From: an uncultured Planctomycetia bacterium
Lineage (GTDB): Bacteria > Omnitrophota > Gorgyraeia > 2-02-FULL-51-18
Assembly (NCBI GenBank): GCA_964642015.1
Contig: CAZXLF010000004.1
Location: 20,738-84,737 of the forward strand
Reading direction: 5' to 3'
DNA length: 64,000 nt
The notes under the pieces are model-generated. The model saw nothing but the letters and a program-made list of their open reading frames with translations. It had not been told where the DNA came from and ran no database searches. A program made the translations under genes and the position numbers. This document shows, one piece after another, positions 9,849 through 19,472 of this stretch; the stretch's first letter is position 1; each line of letters opens with the position of its first letter.

Positions 9849-10601
9849 TTAGACTACTTCGCAGGACTTCTTAGGAACCCACCCTGAGCTTTTATTTTCA
9901 AGCGATAGGTAGAACCAATCTCTGGACTCATCAATCACCCTAGCTTCTGCTCCTTCATGAAGAACGAATGCCTTGGTTTCTCGGTCCGAAGGGCCATAAC
10001 GGGCTTCGACCTCTTTATCAAGAATGATCACTTTGGGATCTTTCACATCGAGCCATTTGAAAATAAAAAGAACCGTGGTTACGACAAAAAAAATCGCGGC
10101 CAAAAAACTAAATCCGCGAGTAAAAGTTTTAACGGCAGGCGCCATAAAACCAATGAATGAAAATAACAGGAATAAAATCAAAAGCCCGCTCAATATCATC
10201 GCTACTTCGTTGACGGCTAATTTATCTGCGATCCTTCTGATAAACATGCGTGTAATATCTTCGTCGGCCGGTTCGATCTTGTCTGTGATCGCGCTTTTGA
10301 CAACATCAATATTCCATCGAACATCTTGGTCCCGCGGAGAAATCTTGAGAGCGCGCTCATAGAACACAATCGCTTTGCCTTTATGGCCTAGCTTAAAATA
10401 AGAATTCCCCAAATTATAATCAAGCGCAGCAGTTTCTTTCCCTGACTTGAAAATGTCTTCGTAAAATTCAATAGCCGATTTAAAAGAGCCTGACTGGTAT
10501 TTATTATTGGCATCTGACCAAGTCGATTGATCAGCGGCAACGGCTGGTTTCACTATCAAGGTCACGAAAAGCAATAAAATAGCGATATCTTGTATCTTCA
10601 T
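9849..10601 (-). CDS. batE: BatE-like TPR + TM + SH3b protein
   Basis: Signal peptide, YNLGNSYFK TPR, two TM helices, RYGP...FVLHEG...W...GWV SH3-like tail; last gene of the Bat operon. Confidence 0.75.
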   Translation of the reverse strand: MKIQDIAILLLFVTLIVKPAVAADQSTWSDANNKYQSGSFKSAIEFYEDIFKSGKETAALDYNLGNSYFKLGHKGKAIVFYERALKISPRDQDVRWNIDVVKSAITDKIEPADEDITRMFIRRIADKLAVNEVAMILSGLLILFLLFSFIGFMAPAVKTFTRGFSFLAAIFFVVTTVLFIFKWLDVKDPKVIILDKEVEARYGPSDRETKAFVLHEGAEARVIDESRDWFYLSLENKSSGWVPKKSCEVV

Positions 10602-12565
10602 TTTAATTTCACCTTCTCAAAACCGGTGATCACATTATCCGCCATTTGATAAACATGTTTCATTTCTTCGCTGCCTTTCCGCACCGCGGCGAATCGACCC
10701 ATTGAAAGCTCGTCAAATAAAGCTTTGATCTGGTTCAGGATCTCAGGTGATGAGTCTTGAGGCATCTTCTGCTCGATCAATTCGATGTTCACCGCTTGGC
10801 TCGAAATGCCCAGTTTATCTGCAAAATAGCCGTATACCGCTTTGGAGATCTCGCCAAAAAACTCATCTTCTTTGTCTTGTTTCATGAGATTTGAGGCTTT
10901 CTTCAGCTTCGCTTTGGCTACGCGATGGGAGCCCCGCGAACGCGAAAGCAAGCTTTTTTGTGAATCAACACGGCGATTCGAGACGATCATGAGTGCTAAT
11001 GAGGCTAAAAATAATAGCGAGTTAAATAACCAGTATAGAGGCATCTTATAAAGCGGCCGCGTTGCAGTTAAATGAGGATCATTGATGGTTTTGATATAGC
11101 GAATATCCGTTCCGGTCACTGATACCTCTTCTTGCTCGACTGGCTGGACTCCTGCGCTATTATTAGAGGATGTTTCTTCAGGCTCTGCGCCCGGTTTCAC
11201 GGATATTGTATGAGCGCTAGTTTTAATGGTTCTGTAAGTTTTTGCTTTGTAATCGTAATAGGAAAATTCCAGCTCCGGGATCGTGAAGCTCCCTGCTTTC
11301 TTTGGCACAAGAACAGTTTCGGTCACTTTTTCACCTTCAACGATCAAGCGGTTCTTCGAAATGTTCACAGCACTGGAAGAATCATAGACTTTAAAATCAT
11401 CCATTTTAGGAAGCGCCGGAGTTTGAACCGTATTGAGATTACCCTCGCCTAAGATACGCACTTTGTAAGTAATAGGCGTGCCTACCTCTACTTGTCCTTT
11501 ATCTATTGAGCTTTCAATACGGTAATCGCCGACGGCTCCGGTAAAGCTTTTAGGCTTTCCGGATTCAGGAAGCGCTTTGGCTACAATGGTCACTTTATCC
11601 GTGGGGATTATTTTTGAGAAAACTTGGGAAAAAAACGGAGATGGAAAAGGATTTCGACGGCCAAAAATATTGGATGAGAAAAAACTATCAAAGTTCTGTT
11701 CATCGCGGACTTCGACCGTCGTTCCCACCGTTCCGGGATCAACAGTGAATACTCCCGGCTCCGTAGGAAACAGAGCCATCTTGCGGATATCCGCGACAAC
11801 ATACCGGGAACCATTGAATACTTGCTCGGTACGCTTGACCGTCTTATCCGGAGGGAAATCCTCAACCCAAAAACCAGTAGTCACCGGTTCTTTTTCAAAA
11901 CCTTTATAGGTTGCCGACAGCCTTGTGTAAATCGTATAGGTCAGCATCACCGGCTCATTAACATAGGCTTCGTCCTTATCAAGCCATGCTTTGACAAAAA
12001 TATCCTGATTGCTGATCTGATCTCCCGGCATTGCGCGCGGAGGCGGAGCCACAACCGGACCTTGTGTATACATAGTCGAAGACTGCTGTGCAAAAGGAGA
12101 TGGATTATCCGAAGTAACTTCAACTTGAACCGGAGCCACTTTGAAAACTTTATCACCGATCTTAATTTCGAACGGTCCGATCGTTTTTTTGCCGATAGAG
12201 TTAGCGATCAGCACATAGCTGAAGATACTTTGAGAAGAAGACCTGCCGTTAATAATGGATATTTCCTGGGAATGGCCTTGGGAATAGGATGAAAAACCGT
12301 CCATCGGCGGCAGCGTGGGTTGCGAAATTGAGCCAGTCGCATTAGAAACGATAATATCAAGCGTCAATTCCTCGCCAACAGCTAAACGTGAACGGCTTAC
12401 CGATGTCTCAATGGAAACTTCCGCAAAAGCAGGAAAAGATGTTGCGAGCACTAATACACCCACTACTAGCATACTAGCAAAAAACCTGCTTTTTGCCTTC
12501 GGTTTTACGTCTGGATAATCTGATATCCTGATGTTCTGGTACCCTGCCAATCTGACACTCTTCAT
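10598..12565 (-). CDS. batD: BatD family protein
   Basis: Ig-like repeats, FTGAVG motif, DIRYIK and C-terminal TM segment. The ORF-track start (12745) overlaps batC, so a start at 12565 or further in is more likely. Confidence 0.8.
   Translation of the reverse strand: MKSVRLAGYQNIRISDYPDVKPKAKSRFFASMLVVGVLVLATSFPAFAEVSIETSVSRSRLAVGEELTLDIIVSNATGSISQPTLPPMDGFSSYSQGHSQEISIINGRSSSQSIFSYVLIANSIGKKTIGPFEIKIGDKVFKVAPVQVEVTSDNPSPFAQQSSTMYTQGPVVAPPPRAMPGDQISNQDIFVKAWLDKDEAYVNEPVMLTYTIYTRLSATYKGFEKEPVTTGFWVEDFPPDKTVKRTEQVFNGSRYVVADIRKMALFPTEPGVFTVDPGTVGTTVEVRDEQNFDSFFSSNIFGRRNPFPSPFFSQVFSKIIPTDKVTIVAKALPESGKPKSFTGAVGDYRIESSIDKGQVEVGTPITYKVRILGEGNLNTVQTPALPKMDDFKVYDSSSAVNISKNRLIVEGEKVTETVLVPKKAGSFTIPELEFSYYDYKAKTYRTIKTSAHTISVKPGAEPEETSSNNSAGVQPVEQEEVSVTGTDIRYIKTINDPHLTATRPLYKMPLYWLFNSLLFLASLALMIVSNRRVDSQKSLLSRSRGSHRVAKAKLKKASNLMKQDKEDEFFGEISKAVYGYFADKLGISSQAVNIELIEQKMPQDSSPEILNQIKALFDELSMGRFAAVRKGSEEMKHVYQMADNVITGFEKVKLK
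12511..12559. repeat. Degenerate 8-nt periodic tandem repeat (CTG every 8 nt)
   Basis: ctggataat ctgatatc ctgatgtt ctggtacc ctgccaat ctgacact. Confidence 0.55.
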
Positions 12566-12572
12566 TATAAAT

Positions 12573-13694
12573 CTACCAATCTTTCTCAACGTATCTTCGA
12601 GCCCTAGAGAAAGCATTCTTGTTACCGCCCTCTTGAACTTTAAAGACTTGCTTTTCCTGGTCTTCCAACGCACCCAGGATCTGCTCGGCACGCATCTGTT
12701 CCGGAGTCTTAGGCTGTTCTTTATCTTCTTCGCCTTCCGCAGCACTCATACCTTGAGACTGCTGCGATTGCTGCTCTTTGTTTTCCTGACCAGATTGACC
12801 TTGTGATTGCTGCTGGCCTTGCTTTTCCTGATCCCCTTGCTGTTCCGAAGCGCTACCGTTCTCATCGCCCTTCTGTTCATCGGGCTTTTGTTCTTCTTTA
12901 TTCTGATCCTGGCCTTCCTCTTTTTGGCTCTGGCCGCCGGAGGGCTGCTTATCCTTATCTTTATCCTGGTTCTTGTCCTGCTGATCCTGTTTATTCTGCT
13001 GAGCTTCTTGCTTATCTTGCCCGCTTTGACCTTGCTGATCTTTTTTATCGCCTTGATTCGACTGACTTTGACCCTGCCCTTGACCCTGTTGATTATCTTT
13101 CTTATTCTGCTGGTCGTTCTGCTGCTGACCTTGTCCGCCTCCGCCGCCCTGATTCTGATCTTTTTGATTCTGGTTCTGGTTTTGTTTCTGGTCCTGTTTT
13201 TTATCCTGTTTTTGGTTGTCCTTTTTCTGCTCTTCCTGCTTTTTGGTCAAAAGCTCAAGATTATACTTTGCATCTTCATCCTTAGGATTCAAACGCAAAG
13301 CTTGTTTATAAAATTCAGCCGCTTTATCCAACTCCTGACGGCGGAACAAACTGTTACCTAAATTATAAAAAGCTTTTGACTGTAGTAAGGGCGAACTTTC
13401 ATCCTGTGCCGCTGCCTTATAGGAATTCAGAGAATCCCCAAATGATTCTTCTTTATAATAAGCGTTGCCAAGATTAAAAGCAATCTCCGGTGACTGAGGC
13501 TGGCCTTTTAGGGCGCTCAAGTAAGCTTCTTTTGCCTTGTTCACCTGCCCTTTTTTATAAAGTTTGTTCCCTTCTTCGTTCTGGACCGTGGAAAAGACAT
13601 TGAAGCCAAACATAAAAGGACACAGCGCCAATAAGATTAGCGTGATCAAATCGCTGCTTTTTATTTTCAAAATATCCGACTTGATCCGCATCAT
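12573..13694 (-). CDS. batC: BatC-like TPR protein with Gln/Asp/Lys-rich linker
   Basis: GNKLY, FNLGNAYY, YNLGNSLF and AKYNLEL TPR units; long Q-rich region; C-terminal EKDW typical of BatC. Confidence 0.8.
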   Translation of the reverse strand: MMRIKSDILKIKSSDLITLILLALCPFMFGFNVFSTVQNEEGNKLYKKGQVNKAKEAYLSALKGQPQSPEIAFNLGNAYYKEESFGDSLNSYKAAAQDESSPLLQSKAFYNLGNSLFRRQELDKAAEFYKQALRLNPKDEDAKYNLELLTKKQEEQKKDNQKQDKKQDQKQNQNQNQKDQNQGGGGGQGQQQNDQQNKKDNQQGQGQGQSQSNQGDKKDQQGQSGQDKQEAQQNKQDQQDKNQDKDKDKQPSGGQSQKEEGQDQNKEEQKPDEQKGDENGSASEQQGDQEKQGQQQSQGQSGQENKEQQSQQSQGMSAAEGEEDKEQPKTPEQMRAEQILGALEDQEKQVFKVQEGGNKNAFSRARRYVEKDW

Positions 13695-14686
13695 GATCTT
13701 TTTCTTTCTGACAAAATCATTTCAATGAATAAAAGAACAAGTGCTATGACCAAAAAATATTGGTAATTTTCATCGTATTCAAATATTTTCTCTTTCTTAA
13801 AACCTTTCTGAGACATATTTTGGATCTGACTTGATAAACTTTCCACTTCGATCTCACCGCTAGTGGACCGGTAATAGTTTCCTCCAGTCTCACCGGCGAT
13901 ATTTTTTAAGAGCTTTTCATCAAGTTTGGATATCACTATCTGCCCCTGGCGGTCTTTTTTTGCACCTTCACCCGCATATTCTCCAGGGATAGTGCTGCCA
14001 TCCGACGTGCCAATGCCTATTGTAAAGATCCGGACCCCCTGATCTTTGGCTTTTTTCACCGCTTGCATGGGGTTTGAACCTTGATCCTCACCATCCGTTA
14101 AAAGCACGATCGCTTTATACTCTTTTTCTTTTTCTGCGAAAGCCTGACTCGCCACATTGATCGCAGCTCCGATCATTGTACCCGGGGTTGGGATCAAATT
14201 GGGGTCCAATGTCGCTAAAAATAATTTAACGGCACTCCTGTCGAACGTCAGCGGGCACTGAATAAAAGCTTCTCCGGCAAACGCCACGATACCGATCCTG
14301 TCCTGTTTTAGACGATCGATCAAAGTGGTCAGCTCGAGCTTCGCCTTGTCTAAACGGCTTGGCTGAACGTCCTTTGCAAGCATACTTCTTGAAACATCCA
14401 CAGCGATCATCACATCGACGCCTTTTCGCTCGACTGTGATCTCTTTCGTCTTAAGATGCGGTTGAGCCAACGCAATGATCATGAATAAAACTGACAGCAA
14501 CAAAAGGATCCGTTTGATCCAACGCTTAGGAGCATCGAAAGAAGCGATCAGCCTTTGCACCAAAACGACGTCACCAAAACGCTGCATTTGATGTTTTTTA
14601 CGCCAGGATGAGAAATAAAAAATAACCGCGATTACCGGTAAGACCCAAAGCCAATAAAAATTGTGCGGGGAACCCCAGTCCGTCAT
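13691..14686 (-). CDS. batB: BatB VWA-domain protein
   Basis: DVSRSM MIDAS, PSRLDKAK, DRIGIVAFAG, CPLT.D and LLTDGED. ATG at 14686 overlaps the batA stop (ATGA). Confidence 0.85.
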   Translation of the reverse strand: MTDWGSPHNFYWLWVLPVIAVIFYFSSWRKKHQMQRFGDVVLVQRLIASFDAPKRWIKRILLLLSVLFMIIALAQPHLKTKEITVERKGVDVMIAVDVSRSMLAKDVQPSRLDKAKLELTTLIDRLKQDRIGIVAFAGEAFIQCPLTFDRSAVKLFLATLDPNLIPTPGTMIGAAINVASQAFAEKEKEYKAIVLLTDGEDQGSNPMQAVKKAKDQGVRIFTIGIGTSDGSTIPGEYAGEGAKKDRQGQIVISKLDEKLLKNIAGETGGNYYRSTSGEIEVESLSSQIQNMSQKGFKKEKIFEYDENYQYFLVIALVLLFIEMILSERKRS

Positions 14687-15672
14687 GGCAATTTTACCCG
14701 TATGAGATTGAGCCAAAATATCTCAAACAAAATTAAACCTAACGCGGGCCAAAGAAACCAAAAATATTTCTCTTCGTAGTGGGTATATTGTTCGACGGTA
14801 ATTTCCGTCTTCTCCAATCTATCAATCTGATCAAAAATATCTCGGAGAGTTTTGGGATCTTGAGCCCTAAAAAAACGGCCATTAGTCTTTGCGGCGATTT
14901 GCGCAAGAGATCTCTCATCAATTTCATCTTCTATCTTAATGAGCCGTGTCCCGAATTGCGGATCTTGAATCGGCAAAAGGGATTCGCCCTTTTTGCCGAT
15001 ACCAATGGTGTAAACACGTATTCCAAAAGTTTTTGCCAAGTCCGCTGCGGTCAATGGATCGATCACACCGGAATTGTTGATGCCGTCCGTCAACAAAATG
15101 ATCACTTTGCTTTTTGCCTCAGAATTTTTAAGACGACTTACCGCTGTAGCAATGCCTAAGCCGATAGCTGTACCATCTTCGATCATCCCTAAATGCACGC
15201 GGTCCAGCAGTGTCAACATTGCGCTTCGATCCACTGTAAGAGGACACTGCGTGATGCTCTGAGATGCGAACACTACAAGCCCGATCCGGTCGTGCGGGCG
15301 TCCCTCAACAAATCTTCTTGCTTCCTGTTTAGCCACTGTGATCCGGTTATCCGGATAAAAATCAAGAGCCGCCATGCTACCCGATAGATCCAGCGCGATC
15401 ATGATGTCCACGACATGCTCGGTCGTTTTCTCTTCACCGGTACCGGTCTGAGGCCTGGCGAGAGCCAAGATCAAAAAAATACAAACCAAAAATCTGATGA
15501 ACGCGGGCAATAAACGGCCAAGTACGACTCGTTTTGCTCCGGCTTTGCGGACAAGCTGGACGCTGGAAAATTTGAGAGCCGCTTCTTTTCCGATTTTATT
15601 CCACAAATAAAGCAGAAAAAGCAAAGCGGCAGGGATCAAAAATAAAAAATAGACGGGGTTCGCAAACTTCAT
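14683..15672 (-). CDS. batA: BatA VWA-domain protein
   Basis: MKFANP N-terminus, ALARPQ, DLSGSM, DGTAIG.G, SKVIILLTDG.NN.G and IDRLEKT. Confidence 0.88.
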   Translation of the reverse strand: MKFANPVYFLFLIPAALLFLLYLWNKIGKEAALKFSSVQLVRKAGAKRVVLGRLLPAFIRFLVCIFLILALARPQTGTGEEKTTEHVVDIMIALDLSGSMAALDFYPDNRITVAKQEARRFVEGRPHDRIGLVVFASQSITQCPLTVDRSAMLTLLDRVHLGMIEDGTAIGLGIATAVSRLKNSEAKSKVIILLTDGINNSGVIDPLTAADLAKTFGIRVYTIGIGKKGESLLPIQDPQFGTRLIKIEDEIDERSLAQIAAKTNGRFFRAQDPKTLRDIFDQIDRLEKTEITVEQYTHYEEKYFWFLWPALGLILFEIFWLNLIRVKLP

Positions 15673-16637
15673 TTTTTCGCTGCCTCTTCTTCCGCAGGCT
15701 TTGTCTTCTCCACAATATTGGACAAGATCCCAGTCAAACGTTCTTCCCAGGACCGTGGAGGAACATATTTTGCGAATTTGACCAAATCCGAACTTTCAAG
15801 CAATTCTTTGATTTTTTCGATCAGATCCGAAGAAAATTCCTTTTCCTTTAAAGTTTTGACAATCTCAAAAGTTGTCAACTCAAGTGTTTCTACTTGAAAT
15901 CTCCTTTCGAGATACCGCCTTAAAATGTCGGCCAGTTCGCTGTAAAACTCCTTCACTTTTCCGTCACTCAAGAGCGCTTTGCCCTGCAAACGGCCAAGCT
16001 CAAGCATTGCGCGCTCATGCGGAGGCTTGAGGCTTTCGAGATCGATCAATTTTTTATTCCGTCGACGTAAGACGATCTTAACAATAAGCCAAATGATCAA
16101 CATCAAATCCAATAAAGCCAAGATCAGCGTTCGCAACGCGGTTAAATCAAACGATATCGGGCCTTTGATCGGACGGATATCTGTTTTTTCTTTAGGATTT
16201 TTTATGACGCTGACGACCTTGATGCTTACAGGTTCAGTCCAAACCTGGCCTGAACGGCCTCCTGGGTCAGTAAAATAAACTGGGAAAGGAGGGATCTGCT
16301 GTTCTCCTAACTGAAAAACGGTCAATTTCAATACAAAAGTCTGCTCGACCATTTCTCCCACATCGCGGGAAGATGCCGCCGCAACGCTTTTTATTTCAAA
16401 TGAGGCAACAGAAGTTTTTGGCGACGGGGTAACAATAGAGAAATTTCTGGGATGGCTGATCTGTACGGATAGTTTGATCTCATCACCGATCGTGATCTTT
16501 GTCGGCCATGCGCGTGTCTTGACCTGAAAAAGACCATCCGCAATCGAAGACTGTTGCAGAGCAAAAATAAAAAATGTAAGTAGAAAAAACTTTTTCATGT
16601 TCATAACGCCTGCGTGGTCAATCGACGCGAAGATCAA
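15669..16637 (-). CDS. Bat-operon membrane protein (BatD/DUF4381-like)
   Basis: Signal peptide (true start probably about 16598-16604), Ig-like domain, DIRPIKGP, TM segment, ILRRYLERRF...ELTT.E and DLVKFAKY.P motifs. Confidence 0.7.
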   Translation of the reverse strand: MIFASIDHAGVMNMKKFFLLTFFIFALQQSSIADGLFQVKTRAWPTKITIGDEIKLSVQISHPRNFSIVTPSPKTSVASFEIKSVAAASSRDVGEMVEQTFVLKLTVFQLGEQQIPPFPVYFTDPGGRSGQVWTEPVSIKVVSVIKNPKEKTDIRPIKGPISFDLTALRTLILALLDLMLIIWLIVKIVLRRRNKKLIDLESLKPPHERAMLELGRLQGKALLSDGKVKEFYSELADILRRYLERRFQVETLELTTFEIVKTLKEKEFSSDLIEKIKELLESSDLVKFAKYVPPRSWEERLTGILSNIVEKTKPAEEEAAKK

Positions 16638-16647
16638 AAAATTGGAA

Positions 16648-17526
16648 TCAGCGGAATCTTCTTTCGCGCATCTTAAAAAACCGGATCATCGAGTCGATGT
16701 AAGGTGTCCCCGTCTCAATCTCGATATGATCAAGTCCAACGGACGAGAAAACCTTGTCGCGATCTGCCCTGCGCTTCACCCATTCCTGTTTAAATTTATT
16801 CTTAAATCCTTTATTTGACTTTAATGTGAACATTTCTCCGGTCTCGGCATCCTGAAGCTCTACCGATCCTGTTAACGCAGGAAAATCTTTTTCGGTAGGA
16901 TCCTCGACGACCACTGCTATAAGGTCATGTTTTTTGAAAGCTATTTTCAAAAGTTTTTCATAATTCTCTGAGATAAAATCCGAGAACAGAAAAACTGTTG
17001 ATCGTTTTTTAACAGCGTCCGTCAATGTTCTCAAAGCGACGTTAATATCCGTGGCGCGATGCTTCGGTGTGAAATTCAGGATTTCACGGATCACGCGGAG
17101 TACATGAAGCTGACCCTTTTTCGGCGGTATGAATTTCTCCACTTGATCGCTAAAAACGATCAGTCCGACGCGGTCATGATTTTTGACTGCCGAAAATGCT
17201 AAAAGCGCGCAGATCTCGGCGATCAATTCCGATTTGGTCGTGCCGCGAGTGCCATATTGGCCCGAAGAGCTGGCATCGACAAGAAAAATAACGGTTAGCT
17301 CGCGCTCTTCAACGAATTTTTTCGTATAGGGATGGCCCATGCGCGCCGTAACATTCCAGTCGATGTCGCGCATGTCGTCCTGCGGGTCGTATTCGCGGAC
17401 CTCGTCGAATTCCATTCCGCGGCCTTTGAATACACTATGATATTCGCCGGCAAAGACCGTGTTAACTAGCCGCGAGGTCGTGATCTCGATAAAACGGATC
17501 TTTTTTAGAAGCTCTTTGGGAATCAT
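16648..17526 (-). CDS. DUF58 protein
   Basis: GEYHSVFKGRGMEFDEVREY, DIDWNVTAR, EEREL and SDF motifs. Confidence 0.92.
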   Translation of the reverse strand: MIPKELLKKIRFIEITTSRLVNTVFAGEYHSVFKGRGMEFDEVREYDPQDDMRDIDWNVTARMGHPYTKKFVEERELTVIFLVDASSSGQYGTRGTTKSELIAEICALLAFSAVKNHDRVGLIVFSDQVEKFIPPKKGQLHVLRVIREILNFTPKHRATDINVALRTLTDAVKKRSTVFLFSDFISENYEKLLKIAFKKHDLIAVVVEDPTEKDFPALTGSVELQDAETGEMFTLKSNKGFKNKFKQEWVKRRADRDKVFSSVGLDHIEIETGTPYIDSMIRFFKMRERRFR

Positions 17527-17535
17527 ATAGACAGC

Positions 17536-17629
17536 TCAAAACTTAAAAATAAAAAGTCAAAACAGAGATCAAAACAAAGACTATTGATCCGGCTTTTGTT
17601 CTGACTTTTAACTTTTCGGTTTTAACTTT
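17536..17629. repeat. Intergenic imperfect inverted repeat built from 7-nt units
   Basis: Left arm aaaactt-aaaaata-aaaagtc-aaaacag; the right arm reverse-complements to aaaagtt-aaaaccg-aaaagtt-aaaagtc-agaacaa. Confidence 0.6.
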
Positions 17630-18619
17630 TTATGGTACTTCAACCTCATCGAATATTCTTTTTACGATATCTTCGGAATTAAGCTGTTCAGCCTCTGCCT
17701 CATAACTCACGATCACGCGATGCCTCAAAACATCCGTACCAATGGCTTTTACATCGTCCGGGATCACATATCCGCGGCCTTTCATGAACGCATACGCCTT
17801 AGAAGCGATGTTGAGATAGATCGTCGCGCGCGGAGATGCGCCGTACATGATCAGCCCCTTCATGTTCTTGATCTTATATGTCTCGGGTTCACGCGTCGCG
17901 CATATGATGTTGACAATATAATTCCGTATCTTGTCATCAATATAAATATTCCTCACAACCGAACGCGCTCTCAATATATCGTCGGGATGGATCACTGGAT
18001 TGACCTTGATCGCCGCCGCACCGGCCATGCGGTTCATGATCTCGATCTCTTCATTTTTTTTAGGATAAGTGATCTTTAATTTCAGCATGAAGCGGTCCAC
18101 CTGCGCTTCGGGCAAAGGATACGTCCCTTCCTGCTCGATAGGATTCTGCGTCGCCATCACCATGAAAGGGTCTTCGAGCGGATACGTTTGACCGCCAAGC
18201 GTGATCTGTCTTTCCTGCATCGCTTCCAAAAGTGCACTCTGCACTTTAGCGGGAGCACGGTTTATTTCGTCCGCCAGCACGATATTCGAAAAAAGCGGAC
18301 CTTTTTTCGTTGTAAAATCCCCGGTCTTGGGGTTATAGATCAAAGTACCTAAAAGATCTGCCGGCAAAAGATCTGGTGTGAATTGAATGCGCTGAAATTG
18401 TGTATTGATCGCCTGCGCTAAGGTCTTTACGGAAAGAGTTTTTGCAAGACCCGGCACGCCTTCAAGAAGCACGTGTCCGTCCGCCAATAAACTGATCAAC
18501 AATCTCTCGACAAGATAATTCTGGCCTACGATCACTCGGGCGATCTCCGCCTGCAGTCCGCGTATCGACGAACTTTCTTTCGCTACCTGCTCCGATACCT
18601 GCTTCACGTCTACGTTCAT
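17630..18619 (-). CDS. moxR: MoxR-family AAA+ ATPase
   Basis: LEGVPGLAKT, RIQFTPDLLPAD, LADEINRAPAKVQSALLEAM, ATQNPIEQEGTYPLPEAQ.DRF and GASPR. The start MNVDVK at 18619 has a GGAGG RBS. Confidence 0.93.
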   Translation of the reverse strand: MNVDVKQVSEQVAKESSSIRGLQAEIARVIVGQNYLVERLLISLLADGHVLLEGVPGLAKTLSVKTLAQAINTQFQRIQFTPDLLPADLLGTLIYNPKTGDFTTKKGPLFSNIVLADEINRAPAKVQSALLEAMQERQITLGGQTYPLEDPFMVMATQNPIEQEGTYPLPEAQVDRFMLKLKITYPKKNEEIEIMNRMAGAAAIKVNPVIHPDDILRARSVVRNIYIDDKIRNYIVNIICATREPETYKIKNMKGLIMYGASPRATIYLNIASKAYAFMKGRGYVIPDDVKAIGTDVLRHRVIVSYEAEAEQLNSEDIVKRIFDEVEVP

Positions 18620-18644
18620 CTGGACATTACCTCCCTGACTCATG

Positions 18645-19031
18645 TTATTTGAGAACCTTAAACGATTTCTGGCCGAAAACATAATCATTCACATAGATCC
18701 GAAACTCATAATCTCCGGGATGATCAAACTTCACCGACATCAGATTAAAAACAAGCTCACAGTCGCGTGATTTATCCTGCACCCGGAAATCTTTAATCAC
18801 CGCGCGGTTCATTGATTTTTCCTCGGTTAGATCTACAAGCTCCAAAACAAAATCAAAGACCCCCTCGATCTCCCGGAATTGCACATAGACGCTCATGGCC
18901 GGGTGAGTGGTCGGAAAATTGGTGCCCTTGATCCGGTCGAACAATCCAATCAAAGTTCTCTTGTGCGTGCCATCCTCCACGATCGTCTGATCACAGAGGA
19001 GCATCGCTTTCAATATCGGTTTGATCTGCAT
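18645..19031 (-). CDS. Conserved hypothetical beta-sandwich protein (DUF6941-like)
   Basis: LLCD...E..T.K..LIGLFD and F.HPG.Y.F.I motifs. Confidence 0.6.
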   Translation of the reverse strand: MQIKPILKAMLLCDQTIVEDGTHKRTLIGLFDRIKGTNFPTTHPAMSVYVQFREIEGVFDFVLELVDLTEEKSMNRAVIKDFRVQDKSRDCELVFNLMSVKFDHPGDYEFRIYVNDYVFGQKSFKVLK

Positions 19032-19472
19032 TTAATCCTCCGTGACGTCATTGGAAAGCTGGTTATCATCATTTGTGTTCCTAGGAAAATGATGTTGCAA
19101 TTTCTGAGCCGCGTCCTGAATGCCTGTGATGATACCTTCTTTGAGCTGCCCTTTTGAAAAATAAGAAGCTATTTTATCACGAGTCTGGTTCCAAAATAAA
19201 TCCCCGACATGCCCATGAATACCGCTATCACCCAGGATCGCGAATTTCCTGCTTTCAAGGGCGACAAAGATAAGTACGGCATTTTTATGACGCGTTTTGT
19301 GCATCTTGAGCCGGTGAAAAATCTTTTTGGCTTCATGCATCACGTCTTCCTTGCATTTTTTCTGCAAGTGGACACGAATTTCTCCGCTGGTCATCTTCTC
19401 AGCTTGAACGATCGCCTGTACGATATCCTTTTTGTCCTGCTTCGTTAAATGTTTGTCGAGAAAACCTACCAT
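19032..19472 (-). CDS. TPM-domain protein
   Basis: AI..AEK.TSGEIRV, T..KNAVLI, FAILGD.GI and N.LSN motifs. Confidence 0.85.
   Translation of the reverse strand: MVGFLDKHLTKQDKKDIVQAIVQAEKMTSGEIRVHLQKKCKEDVMHEAKKIFHRLKMHKTRHKNAVLIFVALESRKFAILGDSGIHGHVGDLFWNQTRDKIASYFSKGQLKEGIITGIQDAAQKLQHHFPRNTNDDNQLSNDVTED

Noticed and set aside
12803-13361. Plus-strand ORFs of 160 and 184 aa, one extremely Leu/Ile-rich
   Set aside because: Antisense shadows of the Gln/Asp/Lys-rich low-complexity region of batC.
9849-18619. MoxR-DUF58-Bat operon as a novel system
   Set aside because: A well-known conserved operon in canonical order.
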